Shown here: positions 1 through 13,164 of the stretch, piece after piece
How the letters are laid out: the number at the start of each line of letters is the position of its first letter
Numbering within the stretch: the first letter of the stretch is position 1
Assembly: GCA_964016885.1 (NCBI GenBank)
Contig: OZ024742.1
Coordinates: forward strand, 42,160,001 to 42,224,000
DNA from: Eledone cirrhosa
Taxonomy: Eukaryota
Reading direction: 5' to 3'
DNA: 64,000 bases
Notes under the pieces: model-generated
The model's input: only the letters and a program-made list of their open reading frames with translations
Databases searched by the model: none
What the model was told of the DNA's origin: nothing
Made by a program: the position numbers and the translations under genes

Positions 1-160
1 GTCTCGAACGCCACAGGCTGGAAAAAATAGTTTATCAATAATTCCCGTTATTTAAAAATTTAATTCTGTTCGGCTACGGAAGCAGTGACCCTCACATTTA
101 CCTCAGCATCCAGGATGTGGGAAGGAGCGAAAGAGTCACCGGCTGTGGCGTCACAAATGA
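1..160 (-). mobile_element. CRE-clade non-LTR retrotransposon fragment (endonuclease region), runs off the window start
   Basis: The reverse complement (gactctttcgctccttcccacatcctggatgctg...aactattttttccagcctgtggcgttcgagac) is colinear with 860-1013 of the + strand copy. Confidence 0.8.
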
Positions 161-734
161 TAAAATGAGATTTTTCACATCAGAAAATATTTCTGAAGAC
201 ATACATATTCAGGTACCAGTTAAGTAGCTCTTCTTTGTACTTGTACAAGGGAGATTCTTCGTGGTCACACGACTAGATAATAGCAATAAAATTTCCCATA
301 ACGTCATGATATCTATGACATATCTATGCTTGAAAATAAGGACCGGATGGCGGTCGCTAGAATCTATTTAATCGATGTATCTGACCTAGGGCTAAACAAC
401 AATAACAACAACACATTTTGGGATCTTCTACGTGAACATGCGACTTGTTAAAAATAGCAGCCAAATCTCCCACAAAGCCCTCCGCTCATCAATAAAGAAA
501 GAACACATTAGATAATGTAGTCCTAAATACTCTTTAAAAGACGAGTTGGTTATGAATGGAATGCCTTTGATCAGAGTTGGTCTAGGACTAAGAAATATCA
601 AACGTTAACTTCTTACGGTTGATAAGCAAAACCTGTTTACTTAGGTTCGAAACCTCCTCGACTCCACAGGCCTCCGCGGTCTTGCCGCCTGAATGCCGGT
701 CGCTTCGCGCTTCACACGGAGCTAAACCTTATTC

Positions 735-1375
735 TCAAGAGAACTTTGGCCCGGGCAAATATCCCCTCAATCTTGGAACCATCTGGGTTGTCCAGAAGTG
801 ATGAGAAAAGACCTGACGGCCTTACCCTGTGCCCCTGGTCGAGAGGCAGATCCCTTGTCTGGGACGTCATTGTTAGTGACTCTTTTGCTTCTTCCCACAT
901 CCTGGATGCTGCGGTTAGGGCGAGAGCCACAGCTTCCGCAGCCGAACGGAACAAAATCCTAAAATACCGAGATCCGTCAGTCAACTACTTTTTCCAGCCT
1001 GTGACGTCCGAGACGTTTGGGGGAGTCGGGCTACTGACTGCGAGATTGCTATCTTCACTGGCGGCTCGCCTAACAGGTGACTGGTGAAGCTCGTGAGGGC
1101 ACTTGGCTGTTTCAACGCATCAGCCTCGCCATCACCCGCGATAACTCTCCTCGCGATACTGTTATTTTTTACTCTGGTAGCGGCTCGGTTGTCCACCGCT
1201 TTCGCCTGCCTTTTGTGTGTGTTCTCTTTCTTTTCCTTTCTTTTTTTGTTTGTTTTCCCTCTCCCTTTCTTTTATATTATATTTGTTTGTGTTTTGGTTC
1301 TGTAAGTATTGTATTTGTATATCCCTTTTATACAACAGTGAATAAACAATTTTTTGAACGACTGAAAAAAAAAAT
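735..1375 (+). mobile_element. 3' end of a CRE-clade non-LTR retrotransposon (restriction-like endonuclease, 3' UTR, poly(A)), degenerate
   Basis: EPSGLSRSDEKRPDGLTLCPWSRGRSLVWD...KYRD...ETFG, then frameshifted WLFQRISLAITR; pyrimidine-rich UTR, AATAAA at 1341, A-run 1365-1374. Confidence 0.85.
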
Positions 1376-1899
1376 ATATATATATTTAAAAAAAAAAGAG
1401 TTTATTTTTATAATGAACATTTGCAGTCCTTGGGTATAGGGAAGTATCTCTTAAAATAAATTCTAGGAAAAGTTAATCATTTTTAATTAAACTAGTGACC
1501 ACTGTCAGTAGTTGTATGTTGTCCGATGGGAAGAATGTGGGCATATGAGCGTATTTGAGCAAACATGCGTTCTTATATAAAGGCATTCTTTCGTTTTAAG
1601 TAGACGACAATCTCCGATCAATAATTTCCTTTTACAATTTTTTTTCTTCTTCATATCTCTTTAATCATTATCAGACAATTTAATTTTAAACATTTTCTTT
1701 TAGCATTCTGAATTTTGATTTATAAAATTCCAGCTGATACGTGGAAAACTTATACCCATACATGTTGCAATATTTCCTTTTCTTTTATTAAAAAAATCTT
1801 TCGGAATTGACATCAAGTACCGTCCATTTTCATTTTAATCATTTTTAATCATGTACGACGATTGCTGTTTACTTAAAACGAAAGAACGTGGTAAATATA

Positions 1900-2085
1900 C
1901 AATGTTTTCTAATTTAGACATAAGGCCAGTAATTTGTAGATAATGGAAAGTCGATTATATCAACTTAGTATTTGACTAATACTTTATTTTTATCGACTCT
2001 GGGTGGGAATGAAAGGCAAAGTAGACCACGGCGAGATTTGAACTCAGAACGTAAAGAGCTGGAACAAATACCACAAAGCAATGTG
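1900..2085 (-). mobile_element. tRNA-derived SINE, diverged
   Basis: Shares gaaaggcaaag...gatttgaactcaga (B box on the minus strand) with the other SINE copies. Confidence 0.7.
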
Positions 2086-2169
2086 GCAGCAATCACATTT
2101 CGTGATATAGTGGAAGAGTAATATTAAAAAGAAAATTATTATTAAGTTATTCCCCCTCGTTTGTTTTGT

Positions 2170-2438
2170 ACCGTACCGGTAGATGGCGAAAGAAAGCGGT
2201 TGACAGCTTCAGCTGCTGAACGCTGCCAGTTAATTTCTGTGTGAGATGATCACATCATGTGTTGACCGCGGATTTTAGTTTACCCTCGTCACAATAGGAT
2301 CACTCGACAGAATATAAATATAAATACATACACATACATAAATATATACATACACACACACAATATATATTTTATATATATATACATACATATAAACATA
2401 TATATATATATATATATATCAATGGACTTCGATTGTTG
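2170..2438 (+). promoter_or_regulatory. Candidate TSS region and non-coding first exon
   Basis: Non-repetitive, locally CpG-containing stretch with a YY1-like AGATGGCG at 2181 and a strong donor TTG|GTAAGT at 2438/2439; the link to the zinc-finger gene is inferred. Confidence 0.4.
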
Positions 2439-4261
2439 GTAAGTATAAATTTATGAAGATATTTCTTAACACTATAGTGTATAAACAAACCATTGTTACT
2501 TTGTGATTACATTATATCAAATCTCCAAAGATTTCAAGAAGCATGATTTTATTTCGTTGTTAATGTCGGTATGGCAGAGAGAGAGGGGGTAGTTTGTAAT
2601 TATGGAAGTCTAAAAGTGTAACAGAAAAATTAGTTCCACTTACGAAATGAAACACACAAAAAACGAGTATTATATTGATGTAACATCTGTAATAATATTT
2701 TATTCATACGATTGTCATATCATAAAAGCTTGTTTATTTTCTTTACGTTACTTTAAGCCAAGGCGTCTAGATGACGTGCTCAAGGTTGTATATCTGTCTG
2801 TTCCATAACGATCAACTGTTATTTCACGTGAAACAATATATTTTATTATGTTTGTTATTGGTATTGTTATTTTGTTATCTAGCGTGTTAAAAAATTTGAA
2901 TTCAAATAAACATCTAACAATTCTGTTGTGTGTTGTGATATACAGTGGTACATCGACGTACTAATTTTTCAACGATAATGATTAATAATCTAGTTTGCGA
3001 ATTTACTAAAATATAATATCAATGTTTTATATTGATTGATCAGATATATATACAAAACATACACGTGTATATTTGTGTATACATATGATTAGTAAGACTG
3101 CAATTGATTAATTATGTTATGAATTTTGGTCTAAATTCGTATGTATTCATAAATTAATATCTTCATGTGTGAGTATGTGGAAAATTTAACTTGTTTTTAT
3201 TTTCATTTACAACGTTCTTTGCATATTAAATGGATGTACCATCTTTCTCTTTTACATACATATACACTAGAAACACACCTATATACGCACATGCACATAC
3301 ACCACAAACACACACGCATATATATTTATAGAGAGAGAGGGTTGACAAAGATAAAAAGGAGTAAACATTGATTTTAGTTTCACCGATTTTTCAAAACAGG
3401 AAGTGACCCGTTAGAAATGTCATCAACGCTCACTGGGAGGCCTCTGTGTTGGCTGCTCGACCTTTGAGAAAAATCAGTCATATCTTCCCGGCAGCACATC
3501 TTAAATAAAGGACACGTTGGATAAGGTGGTTCTAGATACACTTGTTTAAAAATAAGACGGGATGTTTATGGTTGAAACTTTCCCATCATATGTCAGTTTA
3601 ACCGGAGTTTAACAACAACTTACGACGGGAAAGTCATGACGAATGTATTTCGTTATAGATGATCTGGGGCCAAATACCCACTTGCTACTGGTATGGATGA
3701 AATGAACTCGGCAAACTACACTTTAGTCACCTCCCCGAAAGTGAAAGTTTATTACTATTGGAAAGTCGAAAGGAACATAATATTGTATAGTTCCGTTTGA
3801 TGTTATTACTGAATACTTTCGATCTTGTTTGTTACTTACTTACGTTATACGTAAATTCGGAAATGTTTTCATCATATATTCGATTTTATGTTGATAATAA
3901 ATCATATCAATAAAGATAATGTCATTCATAGATATTTTTAGAGGAATGTAATGTATCGTTGCGAAATTATATTTTTAAATATATGAGGAAACAATACCGG
4001 GAGGGGGTGGGAGCGCTAAACTTATGTCGTACACTTGTAACACTTCAAACTTGAGCAAATCTATAATAGGTGCATATCTATGTCTCTCGAAGTCTGTATA
4101 TACATTTGTTATAGACAAGTTTCTTTGCACACATTTTCGATAATATATTTCAACTAATGCTATCTACAGTTTTCCCTCTCGAGATAAGATTGACATAATT
4201 TGATTTCCATGTGTCTAACGTACATACATATATATATGTACGTACATACATATATATATAT

Positions 4262-4448
4262 ATAATTGTCTCTACTTTTGGCACAAGGCCAGCAATTATC
4301 CCAGTATATTACTGGTACTTTATTTTATCGACCCTGTAAGGATGAAAGGCAAAGTTAACCTTGGCGGGATTTGAACTCAGACCATAAAGGGCCGCAACTC
4401 TTTGCTGCAAAGCATGGCGTCCGACCCTCTACCGATACTGCCAATCCA
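4262..4448 (-). mobile_element. tRNA-derived SINE
   Basis: Minus strand has A box TGGCAGTATCGG and B box GAGTTCAAATC; near-identical to copies at 12248 and 14479. Confidence 0.9.
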
Positions 4449-4899
4449 AAAGAACGAGGAAGTTTCGTTTACATCTGAAAAATATTTATCGACCTGTTAC
4501 GCGCGTTTTGCAGAGTGACCATAGGAGTGATGGACCCGACTACAGTATCGATCTGCTCTTCAGACTGGTGATGTGACAAAAGATATATTTTTTGTTGTGG
4601 TATGTGGGCTGAGAAGGTGTATATATATATATATATATAGGCATCGGCCCTATTTTTATATATATATATATATATGTCGTGAGTTTGGTTCTTGGCAAAA
4701 GTTTGCTAAGAGTGAATATATCTGTGGAAATCTTAAGTCATTTGCACGTTAATTTCATGATCAGAGTGTTCCGTTGTTTGAACAATTAGACCACTCTATT
4801 CTTTCTTCTCCAAACCTTCCTTCAGAAAATTACATTATCAATATTAATACAGCTCATAATAATGATAACCCTTTCAATGCAACTACTAACTTGAACAAC

Positions 4900-6190
4900 A
4901 ATAATATTAATGATGTAAGGAAAATTTGAAATGGCTCAGCAAGGAAACGCCAAAAAGTAAATGAAATGAGCGAAGAAGAGAGAGAAATTCAGGGAGCAAG
5001 AAATCGAGAATATCAAAGACAGACAGGAAAGACTTTTAATTCAAAGGAGAAATGAAATTAAGAGAAGAATACAGATTAGCTCTCTGAGAGTTGAGAGGAA
5101 ATTTGATAGAAGAAAGAAGGGATGAAATAAGAGAGGAAAATAGAATTTCTCACAATGAAGCAAGACATTCTCCGACTAGGGGGGTACAAGAAATTGTAAC
5201 TCAAGTAAAAAGATCAAGCTATGCTGAACTGCATAGGTCTGTTAAATCATTTACAAATGCAGTATTTGAATATGATCCAAGTAAAAATTATAATCTATCA
5301 AATTTAGGAACAATGTCAGTAGTTTGTAAGTAATGTGCAAAACTATTTGAGGATGAACCGAAAGGATTATGTTGTTCAAATTGTAAAGTTAAATTGAATT
5401 TGATTGAAAGACCATCTGAACCTTTAAATACATTAATGCTGGAGGAAACTCAGGATTCCAAAAACTTTTCGAAGAACATAAAAAAATCTAACAAATTGTT
5501 TTCAATGACATCCTTTGGAGTCAGTGAATCTCTGCCGGGATTCATGCCAGTTTTCAAAATACAAAGTCGAGTTTATCACAGAATAAGTTCATTGTATAAT
5601 ACAATTGATAATATTCCTAAATATGCTCAAATTGATTTTATTGATGATTTAAATGAACAAATTAATATTAGAAATAGGTTTCCTGAAACACACTTGCTTA
5701 CTATAAGAGACACACAAGAGATGCTTTTGGAAAATAGTGAGCTTATTAGACAAATTAAAACTATTTATGTAGATAGAGTACCAGCTGGTGAGCATGTACA
5801 ATGACCGAGTATCTAACAATCTGGGATTAGTAATGGTTGGAACTGAATTTCCATGAAGAAACATCATTTTCAATTATAAAAATAACACTATAAAAAAAAA
5901 TCAATGAATTACATAGATCCTATGATCCAATATCCTTTTATTCATTGGAGAGGGAAGGATGGCTATTCGTTGGATTTACCTTTATACAAATCAAACAGTC
6001 CCAAACAGGAAAGTGACATGCAAGCAATATTATGCACATCATTTACAACTAAGAAATACTTGGAACAAATTGTAAGATGTAAATGATTGTTGCAAATATA
6101 CTTAGTTGATATGAATGCCAAAATTGAGTTTGAATGATTATTGTACATTAAACAGCTCCAAACCAAGCTCAGGGTTGAAGTGTATTCATT
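4900..6190 (+). mobile_element. Degenerate Helitron RepHel N-terminal/Rep fragment
   Basis: FEYDP..LGTMSVVCK*C...GLCCSNCKVKL, FSMTSFG...FKIQSRVYHRI, YAQIDFID, DPMIQYPFIHWRGKDGY are typical Helitron motifs; several stops and frameshifts. Confidence 0.85.
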
Positions 6191-6950
6191 TGTAAAATAT
6201 ATATATATTTGAATTGTGTTTAATTTACTTTACACTTATAACTTTTTATTCTAAAAATAATCTTTTCACCTCTATTAATCTGGTTTAGGTTATTAGTTTC
6301 TTAGTAACTAGATCTTTTAGTTATTGATATTTTTATTACTGAATTAAGCTTTCATAATATTGATTTGTTTTTCTTAATTCTATTAATGTTAATTTTATAA
6401 TTGTTGTTACTTCAATTAATAAGTATTATTAAACTTATTAATTCTAAATGAAAAAAACAAAGTTGTCTCTGATCGAGACAAAGAATATTTGAAGTATATT
6501 TGAATACCTATAAAATGAGAAAACTCATCGCTAGAACAGCCGTTAAAACAGAATGTCAAAGACTGATGGGCAAAAATGCCTTAGAGGACAGTGGCCAGTA
6601 GTCAACAGAGAGATAATCCACAAGGTGAGTGACAGGCAGATAAAATATATAAATGACTGAAAGCGGAGGAGGACAAGTTGAAGTGTGTTGGTGCATAGAA
6701 TTGACTGGAAAAAGGAAATAAAAGTTTTCCTATAACATTATCTTAGTGTGTAGTATATGTGGTTAAGTGTACAAGTCAAGCAAAATATATTTTAGGCACT
6801 ACATTATAGATTTATTACTAATAAATTTTTAATTGCATGTTTAGTCTTCCTTAAAGTTTTAACATTTTCCCAACTGTATTTAAAATTTTTTTTTTTTCGA
6901 AATTGAGATGTTCAGACATTGTTTGGTAACTAATTATGTTGTTTATGTTG

Positions 6951-7031
6951 TTTAATAGATTCTGAATAAATCAATACAGCAGAAATGTATTTTCCTGCTG
7001 TATTGATTGAAACGTTTGTAAATCAATTAAA
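6951..7031 (+). ncRNA. Type I hammerhead ribozyme motif with a mutated core (Penelope pLTR-like)
   Basis: Stem I tttaatagatt/aatcaattaaa; core CTGAATA (G8 mutated); perfect 14-bp stem II 6969-7008; GAAAcgtttGTA. Confidence 0.6.
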
Positions 7032-7091
7032 TAATTCAATCCTGGTTATTTTTATTCATCATCATCATCATCGTTTAACATCTATTTTCCA

Positions 7092-7141
<50 letters not shown>

Positions 7142-7187
7142 AATGTAAATGATAATCAAAGAGTGTTTAATCTTCCAAACATTTAAT

Positions 7188-7234
7188 TACTGACGATTGT
7201 TTCATCCTAGCTCAAGACCGGAATCATCATAGTA
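7188..7234 (-). ncRNA. Degenerate hammerhead ribozyme motif
   Basis: Minus strand tact-ATGATGA-ttcc...agga-t-GAAAcaatcGTC-agta; C3 mutated. Confidence 0.45.
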
Positions 7235-7374
7235 GATAACAAAAGTCAAACACAAATTTAAGATCAAAACTTTGTCACAAGAACATTAGGAGGATACATA
7301 ATATGGGAGGTTAGAAACATGTAAGCATCAAAATTTATATAAGGTAACTTATATAGATTTTTATATATATAAAC

Positions 7375-7890
7375 TTTCTGGAACTAGCTGTTGAAATGGC
7401 AAGAGCTCAGCTGCCTGGTCCTGACTATTTATGATATAACTATACTCTACTAACCCAAGTATTGAGTACTCTGTTGAGTAATGGTCTAACCAATTTCAAA
7501 CTGAATCCATCCTGATTTAAATATATAAAACCAAAGAAAATATAAGAATATAAGAAAATATAAAATATAAGAACCTTTTTCTATATTTTTGGGGGTTGGA
7601 TAAGATGTGTTTACGTCTATCTTTCTGTATATTTTTCTATAAAATATCTCTCATATCTTCAACCCATAATAACTATATAAGCACATTGAGTTTTGTATAA
7701 AATTATTTGGCAATTACACTCTCCTATATAGCTTTCTACATACGAATATATATATATGTATGTAACGAAGGAAGGTGGACCATAACGCACCAGAGTACTC
7801 GATACTTTGGGTAGGAGAGTAGGTAATAGGAAAAGGTCAAGAAATAGCCGGCGAAACGGCTTGAGCTCTGTTGTCGGGGTTATGAACCTT
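7375..7890. mobile_element. Two oppositely oriented copies of a pLTR-like repeat (7375-7510 +, 7765-7890 -)
   Basis: Shared motif ccaagtattgagtactctg, also at 57240-57365; flanked by (TA)n. Confidence 0.55.
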
Positions 7891-7902
7891 TTCCTATGTA
7901 TG

Positions 7903-7944
<42 letters not shown>

Positions 7945-7948
<4 letters not shown>

Positions 7949-8260
7949 ATCATCGTTTTACATCTGCTTTTCCCTACTTGCAAGGGTGGAACGGGTCCTC
8001 TTTAGCACAGCATCTCACCATTTGTCACAGTCTGTCGTCAACTCTGTGAGTTTCAGTGATCTGAGGTCAGCCCCCTCCGCCCATGTTTTATGTGGTCTTC
8101 CTCTACTGTGTCTTCCTTCCACTGGAATTACTTAGCACTTCTTCACCCAACAGTCATCATTCATGCATATCAAATGACCATACCAACGTAGTCTTCTCTC
8201 CTACACACTACACTATTTCCCTCTTATACACAGTTTCTCTCTCAACTCATCCATGCTTGG
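7945..8260 (-). mobile_element. RTE LINE 3' fragment
   Basis: (cat)n tail on +; minus strand encodes RRLRWYGH-like sequence (cataccaacgtagtcttctct). Confidence 0.7.
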
Positions 8261-9071
8261 TCGGTGTGGGACAGAACAAAGGAGAGACATAAAATGACAA
8301 ATCAGTCACTGAAGAGATCACAGAATATGTGACGAAAGATCTTTGACAATATGTAAACAACTATCCAGTTATTGAACCAACCAACCAGAGATTTATAATA
8401 AATTGAAGTGAAATCCAACAGGTGCATGCATTTTTAATGGCAGCGTGACCCTCCCAAAGTATAACAATATTTGTTTCAACATACGTTTTCAGATAAGAAA
8501 TCTTGCAAAACATATTCAAAAATATATATATATATATATATATATATACTAATTTTAGATTTAATGATATATAACAGAATATATATCAATTGAGAAATTA
8601 GTAGTATTTTGTACATATATACAGAACAAATAAAGTGTAAATAAATATACATACTGTATTTGTTTCTCTACTTTTTATATTTTGATTAATATTTATTAAT
8701 CTAAGAATGGAGGATTGGTAGAATTAGTAGAGCGTATGATATATCATTGCGCTATTTATTCTAGGTCTTTTCATTCTGCGTTCAATTCCTGTGTAAATCA
8801 GCTTTGATTTCCCTCTTTCTTTGGACGAAAACATAAATTGATCTTCAGGTGCCGAGATTGAGTTTTGTAACATAGCCTTTTCCTCAAGTTTGATAACCTT
8901 ATGTCTGAATTACAAATCAATATATTTATCGAAATCACTGTTTAAATAAAGAAAAAAACCATTGCCAGTCTTTGGATCGACTTATAGAATCAATGTTTCC
9001 CATGGTTTTTTCATTGCTGATGTTATTTCCAGGTCACAATTCTTTGCAGATGTATCACCGTATCGGTACCA

Positions 9072-10927
9072 GCATCCAGGGACCTCATTGTCAAGCTTGA
9101 CATGAGGAATGCCTTTAACTCTTTATGCCGGGATCATCTGCTCGAGGCCTGCCTCAGCCGAGCCCCCTCTGCCTACCCGCTGGCCTACCTGTCATATGGA
9201 GCCCCAAGCATGGTCCTAGCTGCTGATACGGTCATACCCTCGGTTACTGGGGTCCAACAGGGCGACCCTTTGGGACCCCTCCTGTTCGCCCTTGGTATTG
9301 ACCACATCACCCGGAATATCACGGCCCCTCTCAACGTTTGGTATCTGGATGATGCTACGTTGGGTGGGCCCGTACGGATGGTCTGCCAAGACCTTCAAAA
9401 TCGGTGATTCCTGCCCTGGCGGGAATCGGCCTCCAGGTCAACTCGGCCAAGTCGGAGGTGGTGAACGTCAGCCTCGATGCTGCGAGCTTTGCAGCCTCCG
9501 TCTTGGACGTGCGGTCCATTCTCCGCCAGGTTCAGGTGACCCTCAAAGAGGATGTCCTGATCCTCGGGTCACCGATCCACCCGCCGGCCATCCGCTCCAC
9601 CATCAGGTCCAGGCTTCAACAGCTCCAGACTCTCACGAGCCGACTGGGCTTGATTGACGGCCACCCAGCTCTCTTTCTGCTGAGGAACTGCTTCGCCATG
9701 CCGAAGCTCCTCTATACACTCTGCAACGCTCCATGCTACACCCAGACATCTCTCCTCGCTGACCTCGATACTTGTATCCGAGCAGCAGCCAAGGGGATAT
9801 GCAACGTCAAGTTTGACGACATAGGGTGGCAATAGGCCACTTTACCGGTCAGGTATGGCGGCCTTGGCCTCCGATCTCACTAGCTCTGCCGGCGTTTCTT
9901 TCGTCGGTAACCTTGTGCCGCGTCCTCGTCAGCAGGGTTCTTCAAAACACAACAGAACCCTCTGTGTTCAGAGAACATGAGGCCGCCTGTGAGACGTGGG
10001 ACCGGCTGGGACTTAGCCCAGTAGACGTCCCTCCTCCTTCTCCCCCTGTTGACGTCAAGTCCCCCCAACGCACTTGGGATGCCATCCAGTGCAGCCTGGC
10101 CTCAGACAGGCTCACGTGCCAGCTCGACCAGCACTGCCTTGCCTGTTTTCGTGCGGCCTCCAAACCCCACAGTGGTGCCTGGCTCCATGCCCTGCCCTCC
10201 TTCTCCATTGGCATGCAGCTAGACAACCATAGCCTGCGAATCAGCGTTTCCCTGAGGCTCGGCCTCCGGATCTGCCAGCCACACCAATGTCGCTGCGGTT
10301 CCACCGTGGACTCTTTCGGCCTCCACCCGCTTTCCTGTCGCGACAATGGCGGCTGCATTCCGCGCCATGCTGCCCTCGACGAGGTCATTAAGGATGGCTT
10401 AGACGCTGCAGGCTTCCCTTCCCAACTCGAGCCGGTGGGGCTGGATTGAGGGGACGGCAAACGGCCAGATGGCATGACCATCTTCCCGTTCCGCGGTGGC
10501 AAACCCCTCGTCTGGGATGCCACTTGCACCGACACTTTCTGCAACCGCAACCTGGTGCATCTGCGACTGACCCAGGTTCTGCTGCACATCGGGCTGAGGG
10601 GGCCAAACTCCTCAAATACCGGTCGCTCTCTGACAGGTTTGCGGTCGTTCCCCTGGCAGTGGACACTTCTGGTGTCCTCGGCCCCAGGGCTACCTCCTTA
10701 CTCACCACCATAGGCACTGAGCTGGCCAGCCGCAGGTGTGAGCCCCGCGAGTTGGAGTGGCTTTTCCAGCACGTCTCCCTTGACGTCCTCCGGGGAAACG
10801 CCTTCTCCATTCTGTCCACCAGGGCTGTGGGTGGGCCCCATCGCGTACCAATACATTAGTTAAATACCATTCTTTCATCTGATACAACACAATAAAGACT
10901 AAAGTTATTACTGATAAAAAAAAAAAA
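9072..10927 (+). mobile_element. 5'-truncated CRE-clade non-LTR retrotransposon: RT, CCHC zinc knuckle and restriction-like endonuclease, disabled
   Basis: IVKLDMRNAFNS, GVQQGDPLGPLLF, WYLDD, CRCG..HPLSC..RH, GKRPDG..LVWDATCTDT, LRGNAFSILS; stops at ~9833 and 10447, frameshifts; AATAAA 10891 and poly(A); GC-rich island. Confidence 0.92.
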
Positions 10928-11350
10928 TATATACATACTTGAAGATGGTATAATGGCCTACAGTTTCCCAGACAGATCTGTTTCTAGAAATTAAAAAGGA
11001 AGCAAACCATCGATCTCAGTAATTAGTAGAAATCACCAATTTTCGATTTTGGTAATAAACATCCTCCATTTCCATCATCAATAGGCTTCTTACATAAAAT
11101 CATGAGAGCACATTTAAATTTAAATGTGATACTTTAAAATGAACAGTTTTGAGTCATAAAACTAGGGGCGATCATAGGTGAGTGGGTTTCAAATGTTCAT
11201 ATAGGTTGGAAAGATGTGACATGGCAGCCATTTTTCCACGTGTTCCAACACCTAATAGCCATTCTGTTAATTGTATTGATAAAAAAATAAATAAATGATT
11301 TTCCTTTTAAATTTTCAATGTAAATTCAATACTTTAAAACATTTATACAT

Positions 11351-11570
11351 TAACCCTTTCACAACCATATTCCTATTGAATTACACTGTCCATGTTAATT
11401 AATTTTAAAATTATCGAGAAGTTTGACTGATTTAGTAAAGTAGCTTTTTCATTATTAAGCTGGGTTCTTATATAAAAAAATATGATAGAGGGTTTTAATT
11501 TAAATATGGACACTTTGGAATGAGAGATTTTATATGCTGGAACCAGTGGGGGAGAGGAGTTATCAAAAGC
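11351..11570. mobile_element. piggyBac-like (TTAA) MITE family B, degenerate
   Basis: Starts TTAACCCTTT; body related to 21899-22141, 24358-24563 and 59369-59609. Confidence 0.55.
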
Positions 11571-12247
11571 ATCAATTCATTTTTGTCCCCTCTATTAAAT
11601 AAATAAATATTAGAAATATTTTTATCATAATATAGATTGCACTTAATATTTTGAAAAGAATTTGTTTCATGATCCTGTCTATAATTTGGTAGACCTAATG
11701 TTCATTTGTCCTTTCTTTCCGATGAAGTGGGAGCGAAAGGGAGAAAGGTAGCTTTGATGTTGTTAAAGGGAGGAAAAACGATATTGAATTGCTTTATGAG
11801 TAAACCAGCTGTCTGTTTCATTCGTTCTTGTTGTTTAGCTCCTGCTCAAACAAACTTATGGTTAAAATCCATCTAGCCATAACCATCCTGTCTTTTCAGA
11901 TATCATTTTTTTTAGATTACATTGACTAATGTCTTAGCTGTCATCCTGTACGAAACTGTCCCTAGTTCTGTGTTTTAACATTTATTACTTTAAAGATTTT
12001 TATCACTTCAACATAGTTCTTTAAATTCATCAGCATCCCCATCATTTGTATGTCCACTTTTCTGTGCTCCTATGGGTTGGGTGGGACTTTTTGGGGTAGT
12101 GTTTTATGGCTAGATGCTTTTCTTAATGCCAACTCTTTGAGTCACATATTATAACATGCAGGTATATGGTATGAATATTCTAAAAACTATTGCTACTTTT
12201 TTTGTGGTTGGGTGGGGTGAATTTGTTGCTTCACTTCCAGACTTTCA

Positions 12248-12428
12248 TTGGCAGTATCGGTAGAAGGTCGGACACCATGATTTGACGCATAGAGTTACGG
12301 CCCTTGCCATTCTGAGTTCAAATCCCGCCGAGGTTAACTTTGCCTTTCATCCTTATGGGGTCGATAAAATAAAGTACCAGTAATGTACTGGGTAATTGCT
12401 GACCTTGTGCCAATAGTAGAAACAATTA
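12248..12428 (+). mobile_element. tRNA-derived SINE
   Basis: A box tggcagtatcgg, B box gagttcaaatcc. Confidence 0.9.
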
Positions 12429-13164
12429 TCATCCTCATCATCATCATTGTTTAACATCTATTTTCCATGCTTACATGGATCAGATGGGTTGTCACATTAT
12501 AAAGTTAGGTCAGATGACCATGTCTTGCTTATATGATCCATTTTTGGCTTGGTTTTCTTCGGTTGGATGTCCTTGTTAACACTAATCATTTTACAGGGTG
12601 GAGTGAATGCTTTTTGTTGTGTCTTCAGCATGACCAACTTACATGATGGACTGGATGCTTTTAGTCATGGCACCAGCTCAACTGTATCCTCTACCATTAA
12701 AACATCTGAGAAACCCATGAAATACAAACTCATAAGAGGCCATCTAAACCTGCTATAGATGTGAGCTATAAATTTTATCTTAACCTTTTTAGTACTATAT
12801 TTCAAATAAAAAAAATCGTCTATATGTTTTAAATCATTTTGAAAATTATCAAACATTTCAATTGATTTAGTAAAATAACATTCGTATATATTCTGGACAT
12901 TTATGTAATTATATCTTTGAAATAAATTATTAATATATCATTCTTACCTTTAATCACTTTCATGTGTCAGTAACCAACTTAAACTATAAGGTTTCTTTTA
13001 TGCAAACCATTAACTTATCAAAACTTTGCCAGTAAAATAATATAAGATTAACATATTTTACTCAAGACTTTATATTTCTAAGTTGATGTTTTGTATAGGT
13101 TGTTGTAACATCCATCATTTCAAGGATCCCTCCATAAATGTTATTGCGACTAAAATAAAGTTTT

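Noticed and set aside
7700-7740. Minus-strand SYIGE, reminiscent of a GIY-YIG endonuclease
   Set aside because: Too short, and surrounded by stops.
9942-10819. Minus-strand 215- and 143-aa ORFs
   Set aside because: Antisense shadows of the GC-rich CRE ORF.
12248-12330. tRNA gene
   Set aside because: The A/B boxes belong to the head of a multi-copy SINE; no complete cloverleaf.
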